A stretch of DNA of 64,000 nt from positions 28,520,001 through 28,584,000 of the forward strand of contig OZ281497.1 of the NCBI GenBank assembly GCA_965637545.1, given 5' to 3'. The DNA is from Phallusia mammillata. Lineage: Eukaryota. Positions within the stretch are counted from its first letter, which is position 1; the number at the start of each line of letters is the position of its first letter. Made by a program: the position numbers and the translations under genes. The notes beneath the pieces were generated by a model. The model was not told the origin of the DNA. It made no database searches and worked only from the letters and a program-made list of their open reading frames with translations. Below, in pieces: positions 36,901 through 48,769 of the stretch.

Positions 36901-39068
36901 CGTAATATAGTCTTGCTCTGGTCAGAAACCTGGCGGCAAACGACTTCGAAGTGAGACACTGACCCAGTTCGGAGCACTCGATTGCTGAAAACGAGAACAA
37001 AGTTTTTAAATAAAAGTAAGCGAACTTATGATTGTTACTTTAATATCTTTGTCTGTTTACACGCAATACACCGCAAATCATTATTTTTTGGATATAGCGT
37101 ACTGGTTTCCAATACCTGATATAAAACTAAATAAACTTATGTGAAGGAAAATCAGACATACCAATCCTGTTTCGTCCAACATGGGTTGAAACAAGGCAAA
37201 TCATGGCCGTGAGATTGCATAGTTTAGTCATTGGCGGATTAACTGACAATTTGGTTGCTGAGTTGTTGGTCCCCGATATCATAATGTAACTTGCAAATAG
37301 TCGAAAAGTGATTCTTACATGGTATGGCAGGCAATGAGCTACACATTTTAATGTTAATAGACTACCGCTTTTATAACACCGGACATGTCCGCAAACTTTC
37401 CTCGGCATTAAAAGTTAAGATCGCTTTGTGCCTCCCCTTGACATTGCTTACTGTTACTTACTGTTGAAGTTCAAAGATACACAGTGTGCAACGCTGTAGA
37501 GCGACGTCCTTATGATAATAGACGAACATTATGACCCAAGAACGTTGTTTGAAAACAATTAACAAAGTTAGTTTGCGGGATTCGTTACGTGACACGACAT
37601 TTGTGACTCGCTGCGCACAGACATTAACATCGCCTACTAGCTTGTTTAGCTGCGTTTTATTAGATTCAGCTTGACCGCGGGATCGCGCCGTTACGCTTAC
37701 ATTTCTGTCATTCGTTTTTCTGCATTTGTGAAATTATTTAGTTCATTTTCTAACATTTTTTATAACGACTAAAACGTTTTTCCGCATGAAGAAGATTAAA
37801 ATGTAATGTGTCAGTGTCGCGTTTATAATACGGTCTTGCACGCAAATATTAAAAACCTAACCCTTTGAGCTTTTCGACTGATACCCAGAAGCTGTCAGTC
37901 AGTTTCAAAGCAAATATTTTCTTTTAATAAAGCGTAGGTCCACACAGTACAGTTTCGAAAAAAGAATGACTGGCTCCGCAAAAACAAGTCAAAAACTGTA
38001 AGGCGCAGAACACAACGTGTGCTTCAGGAAAGACGCTGGGAGTCATAGACATGCTGCTATCAGCCACTTGCACTGTAACCCATGCACTATTAGTTTGCAC
38101 AATGGCACATATACAATGTAAATAAATTTGTGACAATCAGTCTTTTAGTAAATGTAGTTATACTAAGTGTTTTGTACAGACTACAATTTTCTTGTTGGTT
38201 GGACGATAACAAGAATTTTACAGCGTTGTTCTGTGACAATCAGCGGCGTACAAATATACAGGCCGAGTGTGCTCGAATGCAGAGAACAGCAACGAAATAT
38301 TTTGATAAAGGTAAGCGAAGTGATGTAGTCATTGCTTTGATGCAATTGTATGTTTCCTCGAAAGGCAACGACTTAATTGGGCAAACTTGTATTGTACACA
38401 AATCTGACAAACCAGTGTACTATTCAACAAAATAGGCGAGTCATTACTCAATGCAATTCTCAATGTATCTGTACATAAAAACCCAATCTGTTGGGTGGCC
38501 ACTAGTCAACACACATACCAGTGCAAATTCTCGTTGTTGCAACGTACCTATTTGACAAGGTTAAAACCTAATTTCTAAGAGTTTTTTTTGCGCAGCAAGC
38601 GCTTAGTTTGTCCGGTTTATAAAGTTTTACAATTGTGCCTGAAGTTAACCAGTGTTCAGTACAAACCTTATGAAACCTTATAATTTTCTGCACAAACTGC
38701 CGAATTGTTTGTGTGTTATTATCACTTCTTGCACGCTTGAAACTGTTTAAATACAGAAAACTGTTTAGCTTAACAATTCAAAATTTGAAAGTCACCTTGA
38801 AGTGTCGCTGCTTGAAGAGAAAATATTTTACAGCTTTCTCGTGTTTCGTGTCAAGCAAAAATACAATCGAGCAAAAAATCTTTACCTCAAAGTGTTCACT
38901 TAAAACGAATTTGTTGATTAGAAAAGGGATAACAAACTATATCTTCTCTTAAACTGCCAACCGCTTTTACCCCAAAGCGCCTAACGTTCTTTCCATAGTG
39001 ATAAGTTGTTTCAACGATATAACTGTTGGAAATTAGTAGGTAATTTGATAGACTTACCACAATAGTGG

Positions 39069-39369
39069 CAGTGGTTCCCTACCTTTTTGACCTTGCGGCA
39101 CTCTATTAAAGACATAAATAGTTTGTGACACCCTGGCAAAACTAAATCAATTTTTTGAGGTTTCTGTATTTCTAATAACTGTATGAAATAAGGAGCCGAG
39201 AATAACTGCGAGACGCGAAACTTAATACACACTGAAACTCGGTTAGAAATAAATAACTTCCGCACTTAACGGGTTAAAGTTATATTAAATAATGGGCCGC
39301 AGTATTGCAATATTAATATCTCGCGGCACCATTGACCATTTCAATTGGCACCCCGGTTGGGAACCACTG
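39069..39369 (+). mobile_element. hAT-type MITE
   Basis: TIRs CAGTGGTTCCCTACC / GGTTGGGAACCACTG; TSD not cleanly recovered. Confidence 0.65.
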
Positions 39370-40845
39370 TAGTGTCTCTACTGAGAGTAAAATAGCGGTT
39401 GCTAAATTGACATGACCTCATTCCCGCCTGAGTCGTTAGGCACAAACTCGTTTTCCTCTCACTACCATTGAGCGAAACCTCAGTATAACATGAAGCATCC
39501 AATATTGTAACACAGGTGTTTCGTGGTAACATTGTGTGTATTTCGTTGTGTTTTTGCCCCATGCTGTTAAATTTGTAGTTGTTAAGATCAACTACAAAGC
39601 AACATTGAAACGTCGCGCGATGTTTCAACACGTTTTAACCTTTAACCTGCATAAAAGAGTCAGTTGCGTCATTGCATTGCATTGGAGTTTGCAGCAATAT
39701 GTTTTTGCAATACGAAGGTAATCAAAAGGTCGCCTGAGAAATTGTTGCAATGGTCGTTGGTATGAGTTGTCGCGAAACTGTTTGGATTGTCATTGTGGAA
39801 AGGTAGCAATTTTGCTCATAGTCGACAACGTGTTTTAGCAAACATGGTCTGTAGATAACATATGCAGTTTTCTCATTAGCTTAAAAACTTCACACGCCAC
39901 ACCTCCCACGGTGCTAAGCACAGTGTTACACACAATTTGGCACGACAATGACGGTCACGTTGTATTTAAAGTATTTTACTGTCCAACGGGCCACATTATT
40001 CGCACAACATTACATACCGACCTAAAATGTGCTACATCATCACACGTTTAACTGTCAAACATAAATCTGTGATAATGATGAAGTCATTTTATAGAATATA
40101 TATAAATAAACTTTTGATGCTATGTGGTGGACAAAATCAGATTTGCAGATTCCTTATTTCAAACTCATGTTTCTTAACCAACTAAGGTCTATAACCGGTT
40201 AAAATTTGAAATATATAGTGCAAAACTATAGTGCAAACTACGTTGTTTAGTCCACTTGTGTGGGTTTTTTTGCTTGCAAAGCTTTCAAAACAAAATCATA
40301 CTTAGTAAGTGTATCGCAATTTTCTATTCACGGTATCTGTCACCAACCATTTTCTTTTCTTTTCACTGTTACGCTGGTAAAACAGGCTTTAGTGTGCTAC
40401 AGCAAACTTGATAAAGCGAGAAGACGTCACTTAATTTTTCTTTTTTGCAGACCCCAATTAAAGATCTTGAGAACTTCGAGAACTGTCAATACTTGTTCTG
40501 GTGGGCCACCTTGTGACAAACGACGTCGAGGTGAGACCCCAGCAGGTAACGTAGCAGTACATGCTGAGAACGAGAACGAAGCATTTTGTTACAGGTGGGC
40601 AAACTAAGACAGTGACTTTTAATTTGATAATTACGTGTAGATTTTTATAATTACGTGTAGGTTTGCGTGTCTTGTTTGCTGGGTGTTGAAACCTACTAAA
40701 GTCTCTATTCGGATTGTTGAATTTACAGCCCAGTATTATTTGGAATTACAATTGGACGTTTATTTTCATATGGGGGGAATTTTCTTGTGGTGAAATTTTA
40801 CGGACTTTAATTTATTGCGTTCACAATCGACTTCAGCTTCTAGCG

Positions 40846-41265
40846 CAGTGGTTCCCAAACTTTTTCATATTATTCTTCAAAACGGTCCCTTCGCCATTAT
40901 TTCGAGGGCTCGCGGTCCTTAAGCCTAAATGTGTATTTCACACAAACGAAAGTAGATTGCAGGATTTCAGCTAGTTATGCAAAATTGCGCATAACAATTA
41001 TCCAAAGACAGCAAGTGACATCACAAACAGGAAAAACATTACGACTCTGCCCGAACAATTGCATTTTTTGATAGAATTCATTAAATAAAGGCAATTGTTT
41101 AGCAATGGAGACAGTCGATTCTCAATTCTACTTTGATTTAAACTTATTTAGTGGCACAAACTGACGCCAAATAAGATTATAGAAATACTTCAACCGCTTC
41201 GCGGTCCCCCCAAAATTGCCTCACGGACCCCTAAAGGACCGCGGACCCCAGTTTGGGAGCCGCTG
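40846..41265 (+). mobile_element. hAT-type MITE
   Basis: TIRs CAGTGGTTCCCAAAC / GTTTGGGAGCCGCTG; perfect TSD TTCTAGCG. Confidence 0.88.
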
Positions 41266-44200
41266 TTCTAGCGCACCAAGATCTAAAAAGCTGTTAATCT
41301 TACACTTTAGAAAGAAATATCAGCTGACCAGCCTCCTCCATTTAATTGCATGGCGCAATAAGCTACAAATGATCTGTTACGCCATAAGGGCAATGTAGTA
41401 CAGTAATTCATTGTTGTGTCGTAGCCACAAAACCATTTGCGATACTTTATGCCAGTAAGTATAAAAGCAGTTCACGCATGAGGTTTAACGAGAAAGAGAG
41501 ATTTAACTACACGGCCGTGAAGGATGCGCAAGCCGTAAAACGATCAGGTCTGCTTTGCAGGCTGATTTTTTTCTCTTTAAAGTAGTAAAAAATGATCATA
41601 ATTTGCATATTTTTTCATTATGTAATTATTACAGAACGGTCGATCGCGTGCGATGCAATTTTTTTGTTAGTTTTAAACCGATCATATTGTTAGAATATGG
41701 ATCGTAAACGGAGTTTATTGTTTCAACTTGACAAGTTACTGAATAGATATTTGATATTTTTGTTACCAGTTTTATTATTTGTTGGGTAGGGACTCACTTA
41801 TGTGCTCCGGTCAGCACAGCATTGATCTAGACGGGCATATTATTGTTACAAAAATCAATACTAATCGAGACTTGGACCATTTGCTTATTTTAAGTCTCGA
41901 ATGTTCAAATACAAATCACAAACCGAATCACTCTGAAAACGTGTGATCTCGGCGTAATTCTAGCTGTGTGGTTGGACGTTTTAACTAAAGTGTTGTATTT
42001 GCAAAACGGAAATCATGCTGAATTGACGATAAATCGTTGTTTTGTGAAATCTTTCGGTTTTGTGAAATCAACGTTGACAAGGTTGGAACCAAAGCAAACT
42101 GTATTTTCCGATAAGCGTGACTGGCAGTGCCATTCAACGTAATCAGTGAGCAAACAGTTTGTTTCACACGATTTTGAACTTTGCACTCTTGATTTGTGCG
42201 GTTAACTGTTGTAAGACCAGAATCTATTGCGCCAATTCAAGCTTATTCAAAAACATAATCTCAAATGAAAGTATTAATTTGTCATTGTTTGGAATGTATC
42301 CATTTCCAATAACTTGTCTATCTTCACTTCATGACTGGCAGAGGTACTAGCCTTTGTGTGTGATTTTGAGTTTTTGCTCAGTCCTGAAATTCCTTGTTTA
42401 ATAAAATCGACACAAAAAAGCATGCTGCTTAAAAGGTTTTTATAGATCAAAGTAAGTAGTTTGTTAAAGTTAAATTTAAAAACGTTTGCGTAAAAATGTA
42501 GTTTTCCAATGACCTTTCTCACTGATTAGGGTCATGAACCAACTAAAGGCAACTTTGCTCCACATAACTAGCTCAAAGGCTCATAGTACAAGTTTTGCGA
42601 AGCTGTGGGGCAACGTCGTTATGATAAGAGACAAATATTGGTAGCCGATAACGCTTTTTGTCAATGCTGTGTAGAGGTAATTTGCGGGGTAAATTGCGTG
42701 ACAAGGCGTTATGTTGAGTTTCGATTGAATTACTAACTTTCACCGGTTCGTTGGCGATTCTTTTTTTTTCTATGTTTGCAAAAGTCTTTTGTGGTTTGCG
42801 GTCTATTATGATTTTGTGAAGCAGGGGACATGTTTTTTGTGCAGACTACAATTATCTTGGCTGCTGCCCGATGTCAAGAATTTTATGTACAGTCAAGGAT
42901 CGAGCTCTCGGGGGCAGGGAACAAGAACGATAAAGGTGAGCGAAGAGATTGCAATTTCTTAATTAAATTGACAAATAGGTCTGTTTTCGCGAATGGCCAC
43001 ATTTCTAGCTCGGCAACTTAGCTCTTTAACAGAGTTCGACTCATTGACGTACACAAATAGACCGTAACATTTATTATTTTTTTATTGCATATAATGCAAG
43101 CGTATCAACCCGTTGGTCTTAAAAAGTTGCCCGAATATAGAACGCACTATAATCTTGTAACCTGACCAAGTTTATCTCTTGGGAACAGTTCATTACAGTC
43201 AACTTTTGGACATATGAACGGTAACTGTAGCATACTGTTGTTATAAACGGGCGTGATAACGAGAAAAATTTGATTTGCAATACGCTGATTTGGTCATCGC
43301 ATCGGTTTCAAATTTTGCAGCAACTTGTTGTTGCGAGAGGAAGTTAACCCAAAGGTCGCAAGAGATATTATTGCAAAAGTCGTTGGTACGAGTTGTCGCT
43401 AAAAATATTTGTGTTAACAACCTGATATCCTATGTTAGGCAGGGTTACTTATTTTGACATCCTCTTTAGTGAGTATGTCAGTCCCAGGTATTTGTTCGGT
43501 TGTCCACCATGTCGGACTATAGTTAACTGACTTACACACTGTTGCTCTATTTTTCAAACAGAGTAAGTTGCAGTGGTGCATTCAGCAACAAACACTATTT
43601 TCTTTGGCTTGACGATCTCGAAATTTACCGGCAACTGTTTGCTCTGGTGTGACATCTGATGGTATGCAGCATCGAGATGAGACGAAGGCCGGAAGCAAAG
43701 CACTCGAATGCAGACGCACCGTGTTGGGTGAAGGACAAAGTGTTGAGGTAGAAGGCACGCAACTGGGTGACGCACAAAGGTAAAAAAGGGCGACACGAAG
43801 TTAAAATGTAAAAGCAACACGCACGCGGAGATGAAACAAAACGCACGCGGAAAGGTTACAAACGGGTGTACCCGAGGCAAAGCACGCTGCTAGATATCAC
43901 ACAAGTAGAGTGGCGTTGATTCCTGGTCTTTGTTTAATTCCGGGTTATGTTGTTGGTTACAATTCATGTCGGGGAAATTGGGTCATTGTGGCATATTCTG
44001 AAATGCTACCATAAGCACTTTGGTAGAAAATTTTGTTGGTTTGTATTTTTTGTTTTTGCATTATGATATGCTGTTAAATTTTGTGTTAAGATTAAAAATG
44101 CTTTAAAAGCATGATTTTTTTGAATCTGTACCAAGTTGTGAAACCCGCAGAGATAAACAGGGTTGCAGAGCAACCTGTGATGAGGCGAGTACTAAACTGA

Positions 44201-46307
44201 CGTTTGTAAACCCGAAGGTTCAGTGGCTGATCGTGAAATCAAAAATACCCATGATGCATGTGGCTAAAGATTCTCCTTGTTTGTGGTGATGTGGCACTAT
44301 TATCGAAACGAATTTTAGTTGTAATTTATTCAGTTTCAATCTAAACTCTCCGTTCCACGTCTCTTGTGGTCAGACAGTATGTCTCGATCGGTTGGTCGGC
44401 GGTCCACCATGTTACATTGTGGTGAACTTCTAATTACATATAGTATCGTGTATTGCAGACCTTCACAACTCCAAACCATGCAAGGGCCGAAACAAACTAT
44501 TTTTTGTTACAAGCTGCATGATAACGTTGTTACAACATTCGTACAATGTGACCGAAAGATATAGCTGATTACGACAAAACAAACAACCATTCAAAAATAA
44601 ATATCACTAACAATCTACATAAAGATAAACACAAATTTCTGCATAAAACACAAATTTCTAAAATCAAAAAAAATCGACAAGGTTTAACTCTAAGCACATA
44701 TATTTGCTGACAGGACATTACCTGCGCTGACCATGCACGACAGCAAGACTTGATCCGCCCATCTACCACTCCATGGTCCAGTTTCTCTTGGTCAAGAAGA
44801 AATGCGGTGAGCTTTTGTGTTGCTTATTTGCAGAGATTAGCTTTTTCCCTCACCACCATATCGCAGTCTTTTTTAACCTGCGCCAAAACGGTCAACAAAG
44901 AAATTTGCAAAGCTAATTCAATCCGTAGATTTCATATAAGTTAGAATATCCATTTATGACTTGATTTAGTAGGTCTTGTGATTAGGTTACACAACACAAA
45001 TTTATTGCCGAAAACGGATTTTGTAACGCACACCGCCCAGTCAAACATATCACTTGTTACCTGCACGTTCCATGGGCTAATGGTTGGTTTCCTCAAATTT
45101 TTTTTTCATCCTAAAGTAGTTAGAAAAATCCGTTTACAGTATTGGCAATATACGGCAATATAGGGTAAGCAAAGCTCCGGTTCGTTAGCAATTTTATTGC
45201 CGCCTCATATTAACGCCATTACAAAAACGTGATTAAATGTTCAGGGATTCGTTTAAGTTCTGTGATAGACATAACATTGGTGCGACCAGGACATTGAAGT
45301 GGTCCACTTGCAAAACGTTTATCATAATGAATTTGCAACTAATCCTGGTGCAATCTGAAATACATTCGGTTTAGTGAAATCAACGTCCACAAAGTAGGAG
45401 CCAAAGTCAATTTTGTGTTTCCGACCAGCGTGACTACCAGAGCCATCCAAGGTAGACAATAAGTTTGTTTCTCTCGATTTTAGACTTCGCTCTCTTAATT
45501 TATGAGTTTAATTCTTACAAAAACACCTGGTCGCCATTTAAGCCTCGTGAAATAGTTTCTTGTTGAGCAAACGTGCTGAAATATCAACTGTAATCACAAA
45601 AATGTACATTGCCATGTTTTATGAGCTGCTCACTAGGTTTTTTTAGATAAAAAGTCGTGAAGATATTTTTATAAAATATACCAGTTCGCAAACAAAGTAC
45701 AACTCCTATTTCTAACCACACATGCTGTGCATTGTTACTTTGCGTGGAAGTTACGCAAATATGGCATTATGCCTAGTTGTGTGCGGTTATTGACATTGCC
45801 CACGTCATCGTTTAACTGCCTACATTAGGATTTGATTTAAAGAGTTGCACTGGTTCACTGACGTTTTTTTCTATATTATTGAAATAAGTTCAATGACACA
45901 ATTTTCAGTCCTTTGTGGTTGCGTGATCTTTTATGATTTAGTGATGAGGACGTCAAAAATTATGTTTTATTTGTGTGCAGACTACAATTTTCTCGTCTGT
46001 TGCAAGATATCAAGAAATTAACAGCCTGTGCTCTGGTGCGACATCCAGCGGCGTACGAGAAAAAATACGAAAAAATACACAGAGGTCAAACTCTAGATTG
46101 TAGAGGACATGAACAATAAAGGCAAGTGATTTGACTATCTGTTTTAGCGAAATGTTACAATTTCCAGGACTTCGCTTTTTACAGAGTTCGACGCACACAC
46201 ATTCACATTTGTACGCTTCTTTATTCATTGTATAATTTGCAAGCGTCTAAACCCATCTCTTGACATTGTTGTACACCTCTTAAACCTTTAAATTTTGTAG
46301 GCCCTGA

Positions 46308-46433
46308 CAGTGTTTTTTTAAGGTGTTTTGGGGGACCGAAACGGTCCTACAGTTTTTGGTATTTAAATGAAACACTTGCGGTCTCTTAAAACTACTTGAC
46401 GGTCACTCAAACCAAACCTTAAAAAAAAACCTG
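46308..46433 (+). mobile_element. 126-bp MITE with 8-bp TSD
   Basis: TIRs CAGTGTTTTTTTAAGGT / ACCTTAAAAAAAAACCTG; perfect TSD GGCCCTGA. Confidence 0.8.
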
Positions 46434-48769
46434 GGCCCTGACATTATTTGGTAACTCCCTGCGTTTGTTGCACGCAGGTTCTGGTTCGCTGCGCCCGAGG
46501 AAAAGTCAATTACTACCTGCATTAAAGCGCAACAAGCCCCGACAAATGACGGCCACTTGTTAATTTCCCATTTTTTCTCCAGCTGTCCCTCAGTAAGTGC
46601 TAAGGCCAGTATAGGTCTCTGACGTTCACTCTGAGCGTCCATAAAACCCGCAGAGATAAAGGCGTTGCACAGCAACCTGGGATGACGCGAGAAATTAACT
46701 TGCGTTTGCAGTTATTTTGAAAGAGATTGCTTGATATTAGCTGTAGAACGCAATTTGTTTAAAGATCAATTAAGATTTGATTGCGTAGGTCCACATCTAA
46801 AATTTACTTCAAAAACTGCAAATGCGATGCAACCACAACTTCGATGCGTTTTAAATGTTCTCACCCTTGTTAAAATCGGCCCAAGATTGAGTGAATACTT
46901 ATGTTGAGCGAAACAGCGATGTCCAATTCATGCTAGTTATGTATGTGTATTTCCGTATCAGTGTATTTGGTCGAATAATTTGCTTTTTTTAAAGTATTTG
47001 TTGTGTCCTGGTGTTAAAACTTACGTTTACTGGTCGAAAGCGTGGAATACGAGTGACGTTATAACAAATTAGCCTGATTTGACCGAATTTATTGGTGAAA
47101 AACAAATTTAGTTAGTGCATTTTATGTACAGGTCGTTTAATTGATTTCGACCTTTTATAATTGTTGTCAGTTTACAACAATACTTGCGTGCAGATAACAA
47201 CATAGCGTGACACATAGTTAGTGACAGTTGACGCTTGTGGTGACCGCTATCTATTTTTTGTGAGTTAAATGTCATCACCAATCATGTCGAACTGATTAAC
47301 GTGAATAGTACGTGGCTGTTTTTGAATTTACTGATCCTGTTTGTGTGATTAAATTTTGGAACAATCCTATGTTGATTTGACAAATTGAAAAAATCACAGA
47401 AGCCTTATTTTCTATTTGCAGACCGTCATTGGCTTTCTCAAAGTTAAGCTCTGGTGGGACCTAGCAGTATGTCACTTCTTGATGTGACAAAGCCCGAAAA
47501 GGAAATGCTCCAATACCGACACATTGTGTTGGATCAGGGAAATTAAAGTGGGGTATTGAAAAATTTAATACAAAAAGTTGCATAATTGAAAAGTTACGAT
47601 CTATTTTGGTTAATAATTACAGCAATAATAAAAAGTTGCATCATGCAGTAGACTGTACATAAAAATGTAGTTGGGTTGATTGTTACCAGTATGAACCTTC
47701 AGTAAAATTAACGTAGTGTTTATATTAATGACGTTGTACAGTCTACATTACATCAAAAATTTTTAACTACGTACATTTGTTGACAGACTTTTACCTGTCG
47801 GAAGTGCAAGTTATGATCTGCCCAATAGTTTTACTAGATTGTTATGTGCATTACAGAATTTTAACATTTTGGGTACGAAAGTAAAAACTTCATTATTGGG
47901 ACATAATATGATTTCATGTTTACTGGATCGGGGTCAAACATTGTTTGATTTTGCAGAAAAGAATTACTCAGTTTTTATGCTGTAAACAAAGATAATTTAC
48001 GTTGCTGTACATGTCTGCTATGCGGATTGTTACAGCAACGTGTAAAAATCTAAAACTAAATTGCCATGGAACAGACAGTTTACAACGTTGCGTCCTCGCA
48101 TCAAAACTAGATCATTACGATGTATGTGAGTTAAACATGTAATAGAAAAACTGAATTCATAGTTTTGACATTTTTTTGTAGCAAGTTTAGATGCTGACTT
48201 AAAACAAGGATAACTATGGTCTTAGTTGATTTTCACACGTTTTAGGTTAATTTATTTCGTAACGTACAATGTATTTTAATGACTATTTTCAAAAACAATT
48301 ATTTAGTCTATCTGAACATGTTGCTTTTTTAGACTAAGGAAATTTTTTTACGATTTTATGATACTGTAGCAACTTTGAATCTCGTCACCATTCTAATACG
48401 AGGTTTACTGCGTGGTTGATAATTTGTTGTGTTTGGGTAGACTGAACATTATTAAATGATATATGCTTTCGAGATGTGTTTTGTTTAACGACGCGGATTG
48501 TACTACGCATCCACATTTTTTTGAGTGTTTTATCAAACATGTGTTTCACTTTGTCAGGTTTAGTTTGTTTTTGTTTTTGTTCGGCAATTATTTCTTTTTT
48601 AGATATAGGGCTATATTGTTGTAATCAAATTTTAATTATCTGGCCAATGTTGTATCTGTCAATTGTTTTTGAAGTCAACAAGCAAACGGACGAAAAAGAA
48701 ACCGTGTAAGTGTTACATATCAGTTAACATGAAGACAAAACTCCTGAAACAATTAACAAAAATCAAATA

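Larger units (their letters stand above)
34879..47547 (+). repeat. Degenerate tandem array of paralogous non-coding exon-like modules (34879..35037, 36875..37015, 38180..38310, 40451..40594, 42845..42935, ~43592..43747, 45981..46121, 47422..47547)
   Basis: Most have a Y-rich AG acceptor, often followed by ACT/ACC. Most share part of the core (GCTCTGGTG)-GACACCTGGCGGCAAACGACTTCGA, and most end in a GT (one GC) donor. Lengths are not constrained to 3n. The 36875 copy has stops in all three frames. Confidence 0.65.

Noticed and set aside
44168-44200. Box C/D-like GTGATGA..CTGA and H-box-like AGATAA in the 44.1 and 46.6 kb repeats
   Set aside because: C-D spacing is far too short, no terminal ACA was found, and the C box is not conserved in the second copy.
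34879-47547. CRISPR-like reading of the repeated modules
   Set aside because: Modules are heavily diverged, kilobases apart and bounded by splice sites in a eukaryotic locus; there are no identical repeats with regular spacers and no cas genes.
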